In this document: positions 63,500 through 64,000 of the stretch, piece after piece | Layout: the number at the start of each line of letters is the position of its first letter | Numbering within the stretch: the stretch's first letter is position 1 | Source: Lepidodermella squamata | Lineage: Eukaryota > Animalia > Gastrotricha | Direction: 5' to 3' | Length of the DNA stretch: 64,000 nt | Assembly (NCBI GenBank): GCA_047495785.1 | Contig: JBLDXI010000009.1 | Location: forward strand, 2,604,001-2,668,000 | Program-made: the position numbers and the translations under genes | Notes under the pieces: generated by a model | Told to the model about the DNA's origin: nothing | Database searches by the model: none | Seen by the model: only the letters and a program-made list of their open reading frames with translations

Positions 63500-64000
63500 T
63501 TAAGCTCCTCGACGCCAGTTCGGCTTTGGAGGCCCAGGCGGTGTCAAAGGAAGCAAGTAACAAAACACAAGAGCTAATAGAATCGAGCAGGTTATGTAGG
63601 TCATATCGAAAAAGTAGTCAATGACAGCCTGGAAAATCGTCCAGTGGTGGTGGCAAGGTTTCTTATGGTCGCACCTTCGGTCGACGGGAAACTCCTGACG
63701 CATCATTTTCAAGATCTTCTCAGCAACAGGTCCATGCATCAGAGGATAGAGCGACTTGAAGAATTTCTAATGAAAAGTAATTCAAATGTGAAACGTCGAC
63801 CTTATGTTCAGTCGAACTTGCCTGTTTCCTGTGAGCCATATCGGTAACGTAGACACAAGTTGCTTGTCCAAATATAGTGAAAACAATCAGCGTCTGATTT
63901 TAAGGATATATATTAATTAACAAAAGGGGCCGAAAATCAAACCATGTTCACGTTCAGGTAAATTTTGAAGAGCCTGGGGGAAACAATTTTTATGTGAAAT
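63500..64000 (-). CDS. Array module N: 3' end of a further Cys-loop subunit (array continues past the window)
   Basis: CDHKKPCHHHWTIFQAVIDY, TM4 and PNWRRGA tail, matching the C-termini of other array members. Confidence 0.75.

Noticed and set aside
1-64000. CRISPR arrays, rRNA, tRNA or prokaryotic defence systems
   Set aside because: None seen; the window is intron-rich animal DNA.

Overview
Compact-genome invertebrate animal DNA (standard code, mostly ~45-60 nt GT-AG introns, TTAGGG tract); the species cannot be identified from the sequence. The left half holds the 5' end of a TRPM channel, a CR1-like LINE fragment, several MITEs, a secreted carboxylesterase, an orphan coiled-coil gene, a NEK-like pseudokinase-NHL gene, an SLP-76/BLNK-like SH2 adaptor, two + strand Cys-loop subunit genes, a clan-3 P450 and a divergent nuclear receptor. 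The right ~28 kb (36397-64000) is a head-to-tail minus-strand array of 14 divergent Cys-loop (pLGIC) subunit modules, labelled A-N left to right. The 13 complete modules fall into five recurring sequence types arranged as a duplicated cassette. Main candidate novelty: modules E and D can be joined in frame by a 51-nt phase-1 intron into one natural two-subunit concatemer with an ~85-aa Thr/Ser linker, while the paralogous pair L-K remains two genes only 56 bp apart. Several array members are separated by only 44-80 bp with an unpaired AG acceptor before the ATG, suggesting trans-spliced operons. Gene models were assembled by eye and exon boundaries need RNA confirmation.
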